NCBI GenBank assembly: GCA_963754925.1
Contig: CAVWHX010000005.1
Location: 1 to 64,000, forward strand
Length of the DNA: 64,000 nt
From: an uncultured delta proteobacterium
Lineage (GTDB): Bacteria; Myxococcota; B64-G9
Reading direction: 5' to 3'
A program made the translations under genes and the position numbers. The notes beneath the pieces are model-generated. The model was given only the letters and a program-made list of their open reading frames with translations, had not been told where the DNA came from and did not search any database. Below, piece after piece: positions 22,428-31,931 of the stretch. Position 1 is the first letter of the stretch. Each line of letters opens with the position of its first letter.

Positions 22428-23822
22428 ATGAAGCGTTTCCAGACAAGGTTGCATTCTTTTTCGCGGCTGATCAGAATACTTTGGCTGGCAGTATGCTTTT
22501 GTCATCCGACTATTCTTTGGGGTGGGTCGCCCCAAGCCTCATCCGAGAACGCCGCAGAAAAAAATACTGATCAGCCTGCTTCTTCTACCGTGGTTTTGCC
22601 GAAACAGTTGACCGTAACTGAGGCGCTGCGCTTGGCTCGCACGCTCAACCCGGACGTAATTCAGGCCGCGATAGCTGTCGATAGCGCACGAGCTGACTTG
22701 ACTATAGCCTCAATGATTCAAAATCCGGGTGTCGGCCTGTCCGTAGGCAAGACGTTCAGTTACCAGCCTGGAAATTGTCCCGGGTGTTCGGACATTTCAT
22801 GGGGCGTCAGCGTATCCGATCAAGGCACTTTGGCCGACCTGGCCATCGGAAAGCGGCGTCTTCGGAAGGAAGTCGCGGAACGCACGCTGTCGGCAGTGCA
22901 AGAGTCTCGGAGCGACGCCGAGCGGCAGCTCATCAGCACCGTCAAACAACGGTATCTAAACGTGGCGCTGGCCAAGGAGGCTCTGGGTTTCGCCGCCGAA
23001 AACCTATTCTCGGCCATGAGAACCCAAGAACTGGTGAAGGTTCGATATCACACGGGGTTAATATCCGAGGCCGATGTCATGCGGGCCGAAGTGGCAGCGC
23101 TTGAAGCTCACCAAGCAGCCGATCAGGCCCAAGCGACATTGCTGCAGACCAAACAGTCGTTAATGCTGGTCTTCGGTTTGTCCGGCGAGCCCGAGTTTGA
23201 CATAGGCAACGAGTACCAAAAGGCTGTCATTCCTTCACCGCTTTCCAAACCAACGCGGGAGGATTTGTTGGGAACGGCCCTAGAGAAGCGCCCGGATCTG
23301 CACGCCGCCAAAAAACAGCTTGAAAGCGCGGAGTCCGGTATGGCGTTGGCGAAGCGCTTGCGCTGGCCAGATGTGGACTTGTCCGTGCAGTATTCTCAGG
23401 AGGGCACTTCGACCAAATCTATTCAGCCTCCGACAACTTCCTTTGGAATGTCTTTCTTGCTCCCGGTGTTTTACCAGGGGCAAGGCGAGGTGGCCAAGGC
23501 CGAGGCTAATGTACGTTCGCAGCAGACCGCTTTTCAAAAGCTTTTGTCGCAAGTAGGTAGTGAAGTTGAAAATGGATTGACCGCCTTTGAATCCGCCCGC
23601 CTGCGAGCCGAGCGCATGGATTCGGACTTGTTGTTGACGGCGCAGCGCACGCTGATGCTGACGGGAATCCAATACGAAAAAGGAGCGGCCTCGCTTCTTG
23701 AATTGTTGGACGCGCAACGCACCCTGATCGGCGTGAAAACAGAGCGGCTGCAAATCCTCAATGACTTTTGGACCGCGGTCTTTCAGTTGGAAGCCGCAGT
23801 GGGAACGGAGTTCGGGTCATGA
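22428..23822 (+). CDS. TolC/CzcC-type outer membrane efflux protein
   Basis: OEP repeats; YEKGAASLLELLDAQRTL; first gene of an RND operon. Confidence 0.92.
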   Translation: MKRFQTRLHSFSRLIRILWLAVCFCHPTILWGGSPQASSENAAEKNTDQPASSTVVLPKQLTVTEALRLARTLNPDVIQAAIAVDSARADLTIASMIQNPGVGLSVGKTFSYQPGNCPGCSDISWGVSVSDQGTLADLAIGKRRLRKEVAERTLSAVQESRSDAERQLISTVKQRYLNVALAKEALGFAAENLFSAMRTQELVKVRYHTGLISEADVMRAEVAALEAHQAADQAQATLLQTKQSLMLVFGLSGEPEFDIGNEYQKAVIPSPLSKPTREDLLGTALEKRPDLHAAKKQLESAESGMALAKRLRWPDVDLSVQYSQEGTSTKSIQPPTTSFGMSFLLPVFYQGQGEVAKAEANVRSQQTAFQKLLSQVGSEVENGLTAFESARLRAERMDSDLLLTAQRTLMLTGIQYEKGAASLLELLDAQRTLIGVKTERLQILNDFWTAVFQLEAAVGTEFGS

Positions 23823-24962
23823 AAAAACGCACCCTAACGCTTTTTATTGTGTTGCCGTGGTTTCTCACCGGATGCGCGCGGGATGGTGAAATAGTCCTCG
23901 AGGCCAAACCGCCGCCTTCCGAGGTATGGCTGACCCAGGAAACAAGTCGACGAGTCAAAGATCGAAGTAAACGAGGTGAGCATCCGGCCAATGGGTAAGA
24001 CCATTACGGCCAACGCCAAGATAACCTTCGATGACACCCGCGTCACTCACGTATTTTCACCCGTGACCGGTCGTGTGATGAAGATCCTGGCCCAACCGGG
24101 GTCGCGCGTAAAACGCGGTGATGTTTTGGCTATCTTGGCTTCTCCTGACTTGGCCCAAGCCGTGTCGGATCGAGACAAGGCCGAAGCCGACCTTGTCGCA
24201 GCGCGTCGGGAGTACGAGCGGCAGGAAGAACTCTCTGAGGCGCACGCTGGCGCACAGCGGGATCTTGAAGCCGCCGAGAATACCTTTCAAAAAGTGCAAG
24301 CCGAGCGCGAGCGAGCTCGCGAGAAGGTCAGGCTTTTTTCACCCAACGCGTTCGACAAGATTTCGCAGGATTACGCTTTGCGCACGCCGATAGACGGTGA
24401 GATTATCTCCCGAGGCGTCGAGCCGGGGATGGAAGTGAACGGTCAGTACTCCGGGGGCGCCGGCGCGGCGCTGTTCACCGTGGGCGAGCTCGATCGGGTA
24501 TGGGTTGTGGCCGACATTTATGAAATGGATTTCACCGCTATGAGAATGGGGGACCCCGCCAGCATCGCCGTCGCGGCCCTTGGGGATCAGCCGCCTCTGG
24601 TAACCACGATCGAGTGGGTTTCAAGCGTTCTGGATCCGATAACCCACACCGGAAAAATCCGCTGCTCCCTCCCCAATCCCAAGCGGGACCTGAAGCCGGA
24701 GATGCTGGCGACCATGTCTATCGCCGTGGGAGGGCCTGACTCCCTTTCCGTCCCGAGCGCCGCGGTTCTGCGTTTGGGGGATCACACGGTGGTCTTCGTG
24801 AAGAAGCAGGCGCTCACCCCTCAGCGGCAGGTTGCTTTTACCCGGCGCGTGATCAACGTTGACGAAGAAGGCGGCGGCGACAACCTGCGGGTGCTGGATG
24901 GTCTCATGGTCGGCGAACGGGTGGTGACCTCCGGCGCGGTGCTGCTAGCCGGGATGATGTAG
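23819..24962 (+). CDS. RND periplasmic adaptor (CzcB-like), +1 frameshift near 23940
   Basis: The lipoprotein N-terminus (LTGC) starts at 23819 and joins the 23976-24962 frame when one A is removed from GGAAAC. VFSPVTGRV, LRTPIDGEI, LKPEM. Confidence 0.88.
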
Positions 24963-24965
24963 GCA

Positions 24966-27900
24966 ATGTTAAATCGGATCGTTCAGTTCGCGCTGCGCTG
25001 GCCGGGAGCCATTTTCCTGCTCACCTTGGCGCTGATTGTGAGCGGCTTGGTATGTTACCGCATGCTCGACGTGGAGGCCTACCCTAATCCGGTACCGCCG
25101 CTGGTTGAGGTCATCGTTCAACCGGAGGGCTGGAGCGCCGAGGAGGTGGAGCGCTATGTCACCTTGCCCCTCGAAGTGGGGCTCTCGGGCATGCCGGGCT
25201 TGGATCACCTACGTTCTCAATCCCTGTTCGGCCTGTCGGATGTTAAGTGTTATTTCAATTGGGACACGCCCTACCAAAATGCCCGACAGGAGGTGCTCAA
25301 CCGGCTCAGCTTCATCAAACTGCCCAACAACCTCCAGTCCGAGATCTCACCCTGGAACGGCATCGGCGAAATCCTGCGTTTCCTGCTGCGCGGTAGCCCC
25401 GGTTATCACTACAGCCAGATGGATTTGAAGACGGCCGCGGATTGGATTTTGGATCGGGAGTTCAAGCAGGTTCCGGGCGTCATCGATCTGACCACCTTTG
25501 GCGGGGAGATAAAACAGTACCAGGTGGAGTTGGATCCCTATAAACTGGCGGGGTACGGTGTCACCCTCACCCAGGTTGAAAGCGCCATCACCAACGCCAA
25601 CCAAAACGTCGGCGGGCAGAAGATCACCCGCGGTGAGCAATCCTACGACGTGCGCGGCGTGGGGTTAATCCGCTCCACCAGGGATATCGACGACATCACT
25701 ATCGCGGTCCAAAAAGGCGTTCCCATCCGGGTGCGCGACGTGGCCGAGGTTAAGATCGGGCCCAAGCCCCGTTTGGGCATCGTCGGTTTCAACAACGAGC
25801 CGGATGTCGTCGAGGGCACCGTGCTGATGCGCTATGGCGCCGAGACCGCGCCCACCTTAAAGGGTGTTCATGAGCGCATTGAGACGGTGCGCAAGAATCA
25901 ATCCCTGCCGCCCGGCATGGATATCGAGCCCATCTACGATCGTGGGGAGCTCGTGGCCAAGACAACCCATACCGTCATGGAAAACCTGCTGCTCGGCATG
26001 GGATTGGTGGTGGCCGTTTTGCTGATCTTTTTAGGCCGTCTGCGGGCGGGCTTATTGGCCGCCCTGAATATTCCGCTGGCTCTGCTGGCCACCTTTTGCG
26101 GCATGATTTTAATCGGCACACCGGCCAATCTGATTTCACTGGGGGCGGTTGATTTCGGGATTATCGTGGATTCGACCGTTATCATGGTCGAGAACATTAT
26201 GCGTCACCTCGGCGGCACGTCCAACGAATCGATTCGAGGGCGCATCGTGGCCGCGGCCGCGGAAGTCAGCAAGCCCATGTTGTTCTCTACCCTGGTTCTG
26301 GGCGTGGCCTTCCTGCCGCTGTTCACGATGAACGGGGTCTCGGGAGTGATCTTCTCACCCCTGGCGCACACCTACGCGTTCGCCATCGGGGGCGCGATCC
26401 TCCTGGCCCTTACCCTGACTCCCATCCTGGCCGAGCGGGTCCTGCGCGTCGAAAAAGGGGAGGGCGAGAACCGGCTCATGCACGTATTGCAGCGGCTCTA
26501 CCGGCCGCTTTTTGACTTTGGTCTGAAAACCAAGCGTCTGGCCGTGGGGTACTTACTTGTTCCGATCGTTGGGTGCGCGCTATTGTTCCACGCCATCGGC
26601 GGGGAGTTCATGCCGCAACTTGAAGAGGGCAACCTGTGGATTCGAGTCAATCTGCTCAATTCGGCATCCTACGAAAAGACCTCTTCCATGGTTGGCAGGA
26701 TGCGCGCTATCATTCGCGCCCATCCGGAAGTCCAATGGGTGCTTTCGCAGCTTGGTCGGCCCGATGACGGTACCGACCCCTCCGGCTTTTCGAATATCGA
26801 GTTTCTCGCGCCCCTCAAGCCCGCAGAAGAGTGGAAGTCAGGTCAAACCAAAGAGCACCTTATCGAGGAAATTACCCGGGAGCTCGATGAAGCCTTTCCG
26901 GGCGTCAATTTCACCTTCTCGCAGTACATCGCGGACAACGTCGAGGAAGCCGTGTCCGGCGTGAAGTCTGAAAACAGCATCAAGGTGGTGGGGCCGGAAC
27001 TCAAGACCAACCAGCGCATCGCGGAGCAGATTGCGAACGCGATCAAGGACATTCCGGGCGTAAAGGATCTGGGAGTGATCAGCGCTCTAGGCCAGCCCAA
27101 CGTCACGATCATCGCCGACCGCGCCCGCTGCGCGCGATTTGGACTGAACACCGGCGACATCGAGGCGATGATCCAGGCGGCCATCGGCGGTCAAACGGTG
27201 ACGCAGGTGTATGAGGGCGAGAAGCTCTTTGATGTGGTGGTGCGCTGGCTTCCGCCCTATCGCCAAGACGTCGAGGCCATTCGCCGGATCCTGGTGCCGG
27301 CGCCCGACGGATCGCAGATTCCGCTGGCGCAAATTGCAACCATTACCACCGAGGACGGCCCCTATAAAATCTACCGTGAGGATCTGAGCCGCTATACGCC
27401 GGTGAAGTTTTCGGTTCGCGGCCGCGATTTGGAAAGCGTCATCGCTGACGCCAAGGCAAAAATCAACAGCCAGGTGAATCTTCCCTATGGCACGCACCTC
27501 GACTGGGCAGGGCAAATCAAGGAGTTGGAAGAGGCCGGCAACCGGCTGCGCGTCATCATACCCATCACGCTGGCTTTGATCATTTTCCTGGTGTATTCGG
27601 CGGTGGGAAATTGGGCGCTTTCGGTCGTGGTGCTCAGCAACATCCCTATCGCGTGCCTGGGAGGTCTGCTGGCTCTGCTCGTCACCGGCATCAACAACTC
27701 GGTGTCCGCCGATATGGGGTTCGTGTCGGTCTTCGGCATCGCCATCCAGGACGCCATTTTGGTGGTCACATACGCTCAACGCCAATGGAACACGGGCAAG
27801 AGTGCCGAGGAGGGGGTGCTGCTCGCGAGCAAGCAGCGGTTGCGGGCGGTATTGATGACCACCTTCGTGGCCATGTTCGGATTGCTGCCCGCGGCGATTT

Positions 27901-28064
27901 CAAATCGCTTGGGAGCGCAGGCGCAAAAGCCGCTTGCGGTGGTCGTGATCGGCGGGGCGCTGGCCCTGGCGGTGTTGACTCGCATGCTGCAGCCGGCGTT
28001 GCTTATCGCGGCGCACCGGTTCTTCCGTAAGTCGACAATCAGTGCGATGGAGTCCGAGGAGTGA
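24966..28064 (+). CDS. CusA/CzcA family heavy-metal efflux RND transporter
   Basis: 1032 aa; SLGAVDFGIIVDSTVIMVEN, GGEFMPQLEEG, RLRAVLMT, QKPLAVVVIGG. Confidence 0.95.
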   Translation: MLNRIVQFALRWPGAIFLLTLALIVSGLVCYRMLDVEAYPNPVPPLVEVIVQPEGWSAEEVERYVTLPLEVGLSGMPGLDHLRSQSLFGLSDVKCYFNWDTPYQNARQEVLNRLSFIKLPNNLQSEISPWNGIGEILRFLLRGSPGYHYSQMDLKTAADWILDREFKQVPGVIDLTTFGGEIKQYQVELDPYKLAGYGVTLTQVESAITNANQNVGGQKITRGEQSYDVRGVGLIRSTRDIDDITIAVQKGVPIRVRDVAEVKIGPKPRLGIVGFNNEPDVVEGTVLMRYGAETAPTLKGVHERIETVRKNQSLPPGMDIEPIYDRGELVAKTTHTVMENLLLGMGLVVAVLLIFLGRLRAGLLAALNIPLALLATFCGMILIGTPANLISLGAVDFGIIVDSTVIMVENIMRHLGGTSNESIRGRIVAAAAEVSKPMLFSTLVLGVAFLPLFTMNGVSGVIFSPLAHTYAFAIGGAILLALTLTPILAERVLRVEKGEGENRLMHVLQRLYRPLFDFGLKTKRLAVGYLLVPIVGCALLFHAIGGEFMPQLEEGNLWIRVNLLNSASYEKTSSMVGRMRAIIRAHPEVQWVLSQLGRPDDGTDPSGFSNIEFLAPLKPAEEWKSGQTKEHLIEEITRELDEAFPGVNFTFSQYIADNVEEAVSGVKSENSIKVVGPELKTNQRIAEQIANAIKDIPGVKDLGVISALGQPNVTIIADRARCARFGLNTGDIEAMIQAAIGGQTVTQVYEGEKLFDVVVRWLPPYRQDVEAIRRILVPAPDGSQIPLAQIATITTEDGPYKIYREDLSRYTPVKFSVRGRDLESVIADAKAKINSQVNLPYGTHLDWAGQIKELEEAGNRLRVIIPITLALIIFLVYSAVGNWALSVVVLSNIPIACLGGLLALLVTGINNSVSADMGFVSVFGIAIQDAILVVTYAQRQWNTGKSAEEGVLLASKQRLRAVLMTTFVAMFGLLPAAISNRLGAQAQKPLAVVVIGGALALAVLTRMLQPALLIAAHRFFRKSTISAMESEE

Positions 28065-28508
28065 ATAGGAATCTCTCGAGAACGTTTTGGAACGTAGGGA
28101 TCGAGGCGGTCTATCGCCGGAGACAGGAAGATGAGGGTCCGCATTAAATTAAAGTGTACCCAAGATACTGATGAAAAAGAGATGGAAAATGGGGGGCTGT
28201 TTCGGAACGTATCGATGAACATAGTAAACTTTTTTATGGCAATTAACGCAAAAAATGCTTGGGCCGCTGTCCCTCGCGAAAACAAATCCAAGAGAAAAAA
28301 CAAATCAACCAAACTATGATAAGCGCACCATGGTGAACTCACCATCCTGGATGTTGGAAAAGATGAGATTGAGGATTGAATACGTAATGGCGACACAGCG
28401 GTGCGGGCGGTTATAAAAGCGGGGTACAGCCAGCTCTTTCCTAGTTTTGTCCAGAAAAATGGGATAGCATCGGCATACCGTTTGATAGTCAGCTGGGCGA
28501 GGAATACG

Positions 28509-30212
28509 ATGGAACAGGCATCTCAGACGTCGAAGACCCCATCGCGGAGCCTCGACCTTGTGGACACACACCGTCGATTCGGCCGGGCGGTGATGGGATT
28601 ATATCTCTGCACCGCGGTGGTGACTCTGGGGTTATTGGTATCGAGTTTTGCAATCGACTACGCTCACGAACAGGAAGAAGCACGCAACACCCTGTTGCTT
28701 GAAACAGATGTTCGCGCCCAATACCTTTCACACCATCTCCAGTTGCTGGCTGCGGAACTCAGACGCCTCGGTCTTCGATCAGAGGTCAATCTCCTTGATC
28801 AAAACATGGAGCCGGAACAAAGCTTGCTCCGTCTGTCCCATAGCAACAGCGCATTCTTTAATATGGGTGTGGCCATCGTGGACCGCGATGGCAGTGTGGT
28901 TTGGTCGGAGCCGCAAAAATTTCTGGCGATCGGCACGTCGTTTGCCAAAGAGAATTGGTTTCATTCTCTGCTCAAGAGGAGGAACATGCTGATTGTGCCG
29001 GTGGACCGCGAGCAGGAGCAAGACTCTCTCCTCTACGTGGTATCGCCTTTCGTTCGGCGCGATAAAATAGAGGGCGCCATGCTCGGAGGAATCGATCTGG
29101 CGGCTGGAAACACGTTGGGGACTGAATCCCGGCTTGATAGTGCGACGCAGACGGTGATCGCCAGCCGCGACGGCCTGGTGGCGTATCCTTCTAAAGCACC
29201 ACCATTTACCAAACAACCGCCGTGGCGGTCTCTCCTGGAGTACGATTTCAAAAATCCTCTTTTGGAGCAACGCACCCTCGGCGGGGAAGACATGGTCATC
29301 GCCGCGAGCGCGGTGACCAACTCAGATTTGGTTTTGCTCACGCTTGCGCCTGAATCAAGTCTCTACAGAAGCATGCGAACGCGGTTGCTGATTCGCCTGG
29401 TAGTGGGGATTATGGTGACCATCGCTCCGTTGGCTGCGCTGGTGCTGCTTCTCAGACGGACGCTGCGGATATTTCAAAACGCCCAAGTTGAAGCGGCGCG
29501 CTCGGAGCGTCTGCACATGATTGGCGAGGCGGCTAATTTGATCGCCCACGAAGTTAAGAACTCCCTCAATGGGCTTCAGGTTGGGCTCGAAGTGATCTTA
29601 CGGGACGGAACACGTCCATCCGAAAAAAGCCAACAAAAAGTGGTGCTCGCGCTGCGGAGCGAATTTGAAAGGCTGTCGAATCTTACCGTCAGTCTGTTGA
29701 CATTTTCAAAAGGTGTCGCGCCGCGACCCGTTGGCATTGATCTCATTCCCTTTGTGCAGGATATTGTCGAATCGATGAGGGCTATTGCGGAGGAAAATGG
29801 TGCTTCTTTAGAGGTCAACGCGCGGTCATCGGTAGTACGGGTTTGCGCCGATCCCGCACTGGTTCAAGTTGTGGTTCGAAACCTCGTGCAGAATGCTTTG
29901 GAAGCAGTCGAGACCGCAGCCACGGGAGCTCGACCGACGGTGACGGTTTCCATTGAACAATCCGGTGATCGTGCCGTATTGAAAGTAGCGGACAATGGTC
30001 CCGGTCTGCCCACGATGGTACGCAAACGCCTCTTTGAACCATTTGTTACTGGAAAAGCAAGCGGTGTTGGAATAGGATTAGCCATGTCAAAAAAGATTGC
30101 TGATGCACACGGCGGCGCGTTGTTTGAAGAGGTGAACCATCCCGCCGACTCGGGTGCCACGTTTGTATTCACGTTACCATTGGATAAAACATGCGCGCCA
30201 GCATCCTCCTAG
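28509..30212 (+). CDS. Membrane sensor histidine kinase (Cache-like periplasmic domain)
   Basis: Two TM helices; AHEVKNSL H-box, NLVQNA, DNGPG, LFEPF, GIGL. Confidence 0.93.
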   Translation: MEQASQTSKTPSRSLDLVDTHRRFGRAVMGLYLCTAVVTLGLLVSSFAIDYAHEQEEARNTLLLETDVRAQYLSHHLQLLAAELRRLGLRSEVNLLDQNMEPEQSLLRLSHSNSAFFNMGVAIVDRDGSVVWSEPQKFLAIGTSFAKENWFHSLLKRRNMLIVPVDREQEQDSLLYVVSPFVRRDKIEGAMLGGIDLAAGNTLGTESRLDSATQTVIASRDGLVAYPSKAPPFTKQPPWRSLLEYDFKNPLLEQRTLGGEDMVIAASAVTNSDLVLLTLAPESSLYRSMRTRLLIRLVVGIMVTIAPLAALVLLLRRTLRIFQNAQVEAARSERLHMIGEAANLIAHEVKNSLNGLQVGLEVILRDGTRPSEKSQQKVVLALRSEFERLSNLTVSLLTFSKGVAPRPVGIDLIPFVQDIVESMRAIAEENGASLEVNARSSVVRVCADPALVQVVVRNLVQNALEAVETAATGARPTVTVSIEQSGDRAVLKVADNGPGLPTMVRKRLFEPFVTGKASGVGIGLAMSKKIADAHGGALFEEVNHPADSGATFVFTLPLDKTCAPASS

Positions 30213-31570
30213 TTGAAGACGATCGGGCCTTTCGGCTGGTGGCTGAGGCCGCGTTAGTGTCGGAAGGTTTCGAAGTGCACGCCGTAGGCACCTTGGCGCA
30301 GGCCCGGGCAGCGGTTGATGAGGCCACGCCGGATGTAGTCATTCTCGACCGAAGACTTCCCGACGGCGATGGCATCGAATTCTTGAAGGAACAGCGAAGC
30401 GATAGCACCGCCGCTCCACTATTCGTGGTGATTACGGCATATGGTGATGTGGAAAACGCCGTCGAGGCCCTCAGAACGGGCGCCTGGGACTATCTGGTAA
30501 AACCCATTCAGCTTACCGACTTGGTGGTCAAGTTGGGCAAAGCCCTTCAGGCGCGCGGACTCAAAGACCGACTGGCCATAGCCCGCAGCGGCATAGCAAA
30601 TATCCCTCCGGTGGCCCTCAAAAGCACCAGTATGCAAGAAGTAATAAAAACCGTAGAGCGCTTGGCCCAGAGTTCGGTTACCTCGGTCTTGTTAGTGGGG
30701 CCTTCAGGGGTGGGCAAGCAATACATATCCGAAATGTTGCACCGCTTGACCTGGGCTACGGCCGATCCCGATGCCCCGTTCGTTGAGGTGAACTGCGCGG
30801 CGTTGCCTGAAGACCTTATCGAAAGCGAGCTGTTTGGACATGAACGGGGGGCTTTTACCGATGCGCGTTCTACCCGCCGGGGACTCATCGAGTTAGCGAA
30901 TGGCGGCACGTTGTTTTTGGATGAAGTGACCGAATTGCCGCTCCGGTCACAAGCCAAGCTCCTCAAGTTTCTGGATACGATGCGATTCAGGCGCTTGGGC
31001 GGTCAACGCGAGATCGAGGTGTCCCTACGGGTGATAGCCGCCAGCAACCGGGACGTTGTTCAGTTGGTTCACGAAGGACGCCTGCGGGAAGATTTGTATC
31101 ACCGATTGAATGTCTTCTGCATTACGCTGCCGGCGTTATCGGCTCGTTGCGAAGATATTCCGATTTTAGCCGATTCATTTACGCGTTATTTTGCCGCCAG
31201 ATGCCGGAAATCCATCCGGGGCTTGTCGCCAGGAGCAATCGCGGCGCTTCAATCGTATAGCTATCCGGGCAACGTGCGGGAGCTGCGCAATATCATTGAG
31301 CGCGCGGTGATTCTTGCCGGCGATTCACTCCTCACCGAGCGCGACCTGTTATTGACGGAGCCTTCCGGGCCGGCTAGATTTTCAAGCAGTTTTTTCTCTG
31401 CGGATCTCAACCCGGATGGGTCGCCGCTGCCGATTGAGGCCATTGAGAGAAGGTATGTGTCCCGTGTCCTCGAGTACTATGAAGGTCGCCGCATGGCCGC
31501 TGCCGAGGCCCTGAAAATGTCGTACCCGACATTTCTCAAACGCCTGCGCGAGCTCGAATTGGATCGCTGA
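30191..31570 (+). CDS. sigma54-dependent NtrC-family response regulator
   Basis: Receiver domain, GPSGVGK, ESELFGHERGAFTDA, GGTLFLDE, YPGNVREL, HTH. Confidence 0.96.
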   Translation: MRASILLVEDDRAFRLVAEAALVSEGFEVHAVGTLAQARAAVDEATPDVVILDRRLPDGDGIEFLKEQRSDSTAAPLFVVITAYGDVENAVEALRTGAWDYLVKPIQLTDLVVKLGKALQARGLKDRLAIARSGIANIPPVALKSTSMQEVIKTVERLAQSSVTSVLLVGPSGVGKQYISEMLHRLTWATADPDAPFVEVNCAALPEDLIESELFGHERGAFTDARSTRRGLIELANGGTLFLDEVTELPLRSQAKLLKFLDTMRFRRLGGQREIEVSLRVIAASNRDVVQLVHEGRLREDLYHRLNVFCITLPALSARCEDIPILADSFTRYFAARCRKSIRGLSPGAIAALQSYSYPGNVRELRNIIERAVILAGDSLLTERDLLLTEPSGPARFSSSFFSADLNPDGSPLPIEAIERRYVSRVLEYYEGRRMAAAEALKMSYPTFLKRLRELELDR

Positions 31571-31634
31571 GTCTCCCCACCGCCGCAACCATGGAAGCGC
31601 GGGTTGCTTGCTGCCGTCGCTCGAAAAGCACGCC

Positions 31635-31740
31635 TGGTCCGAGCGGGAATATCTGGCAATATTTAACTGTTGAGTAAGGTAGTGCAGGCGACATCAGAAA
31701 ATGCTTTATTTTCAATATGGACGAGTTTTGGCGAACGGCA
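31635..31740. repeat. Dispersed IS-end-like repeat, copy 2
   Basis: Aligns with 20030-20103 and 38511-38580; ends GAGTTTTGGCGAACGGCA. Confidence 0.8.
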
Positions 31741-31931
31741 CGTGTACGTTTCGATACTCCAGGCAACTACCGGAGTATGGTTGGATCTTGGATTGCCTAT
31801 GTCGGTACCAGAGTGCATGGTTTTTCTTCGGGTGCGGTAGGCCTCATGGAAAGAACGAACCGCGAAGCGTGTCGCTTGCGGTTTGCCATGACGCCATCGG
31901 TCATGCCATTCACATTTTTCAAGGAGAAGCA

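Noticed and set aside
31570..31931. sigma54 -24/-12 promoter upstream of the Cys-rich gene
   Set aside because: No TGGCAC-N5-TTGC with correct GG-N10-GC spacing was found by eye.
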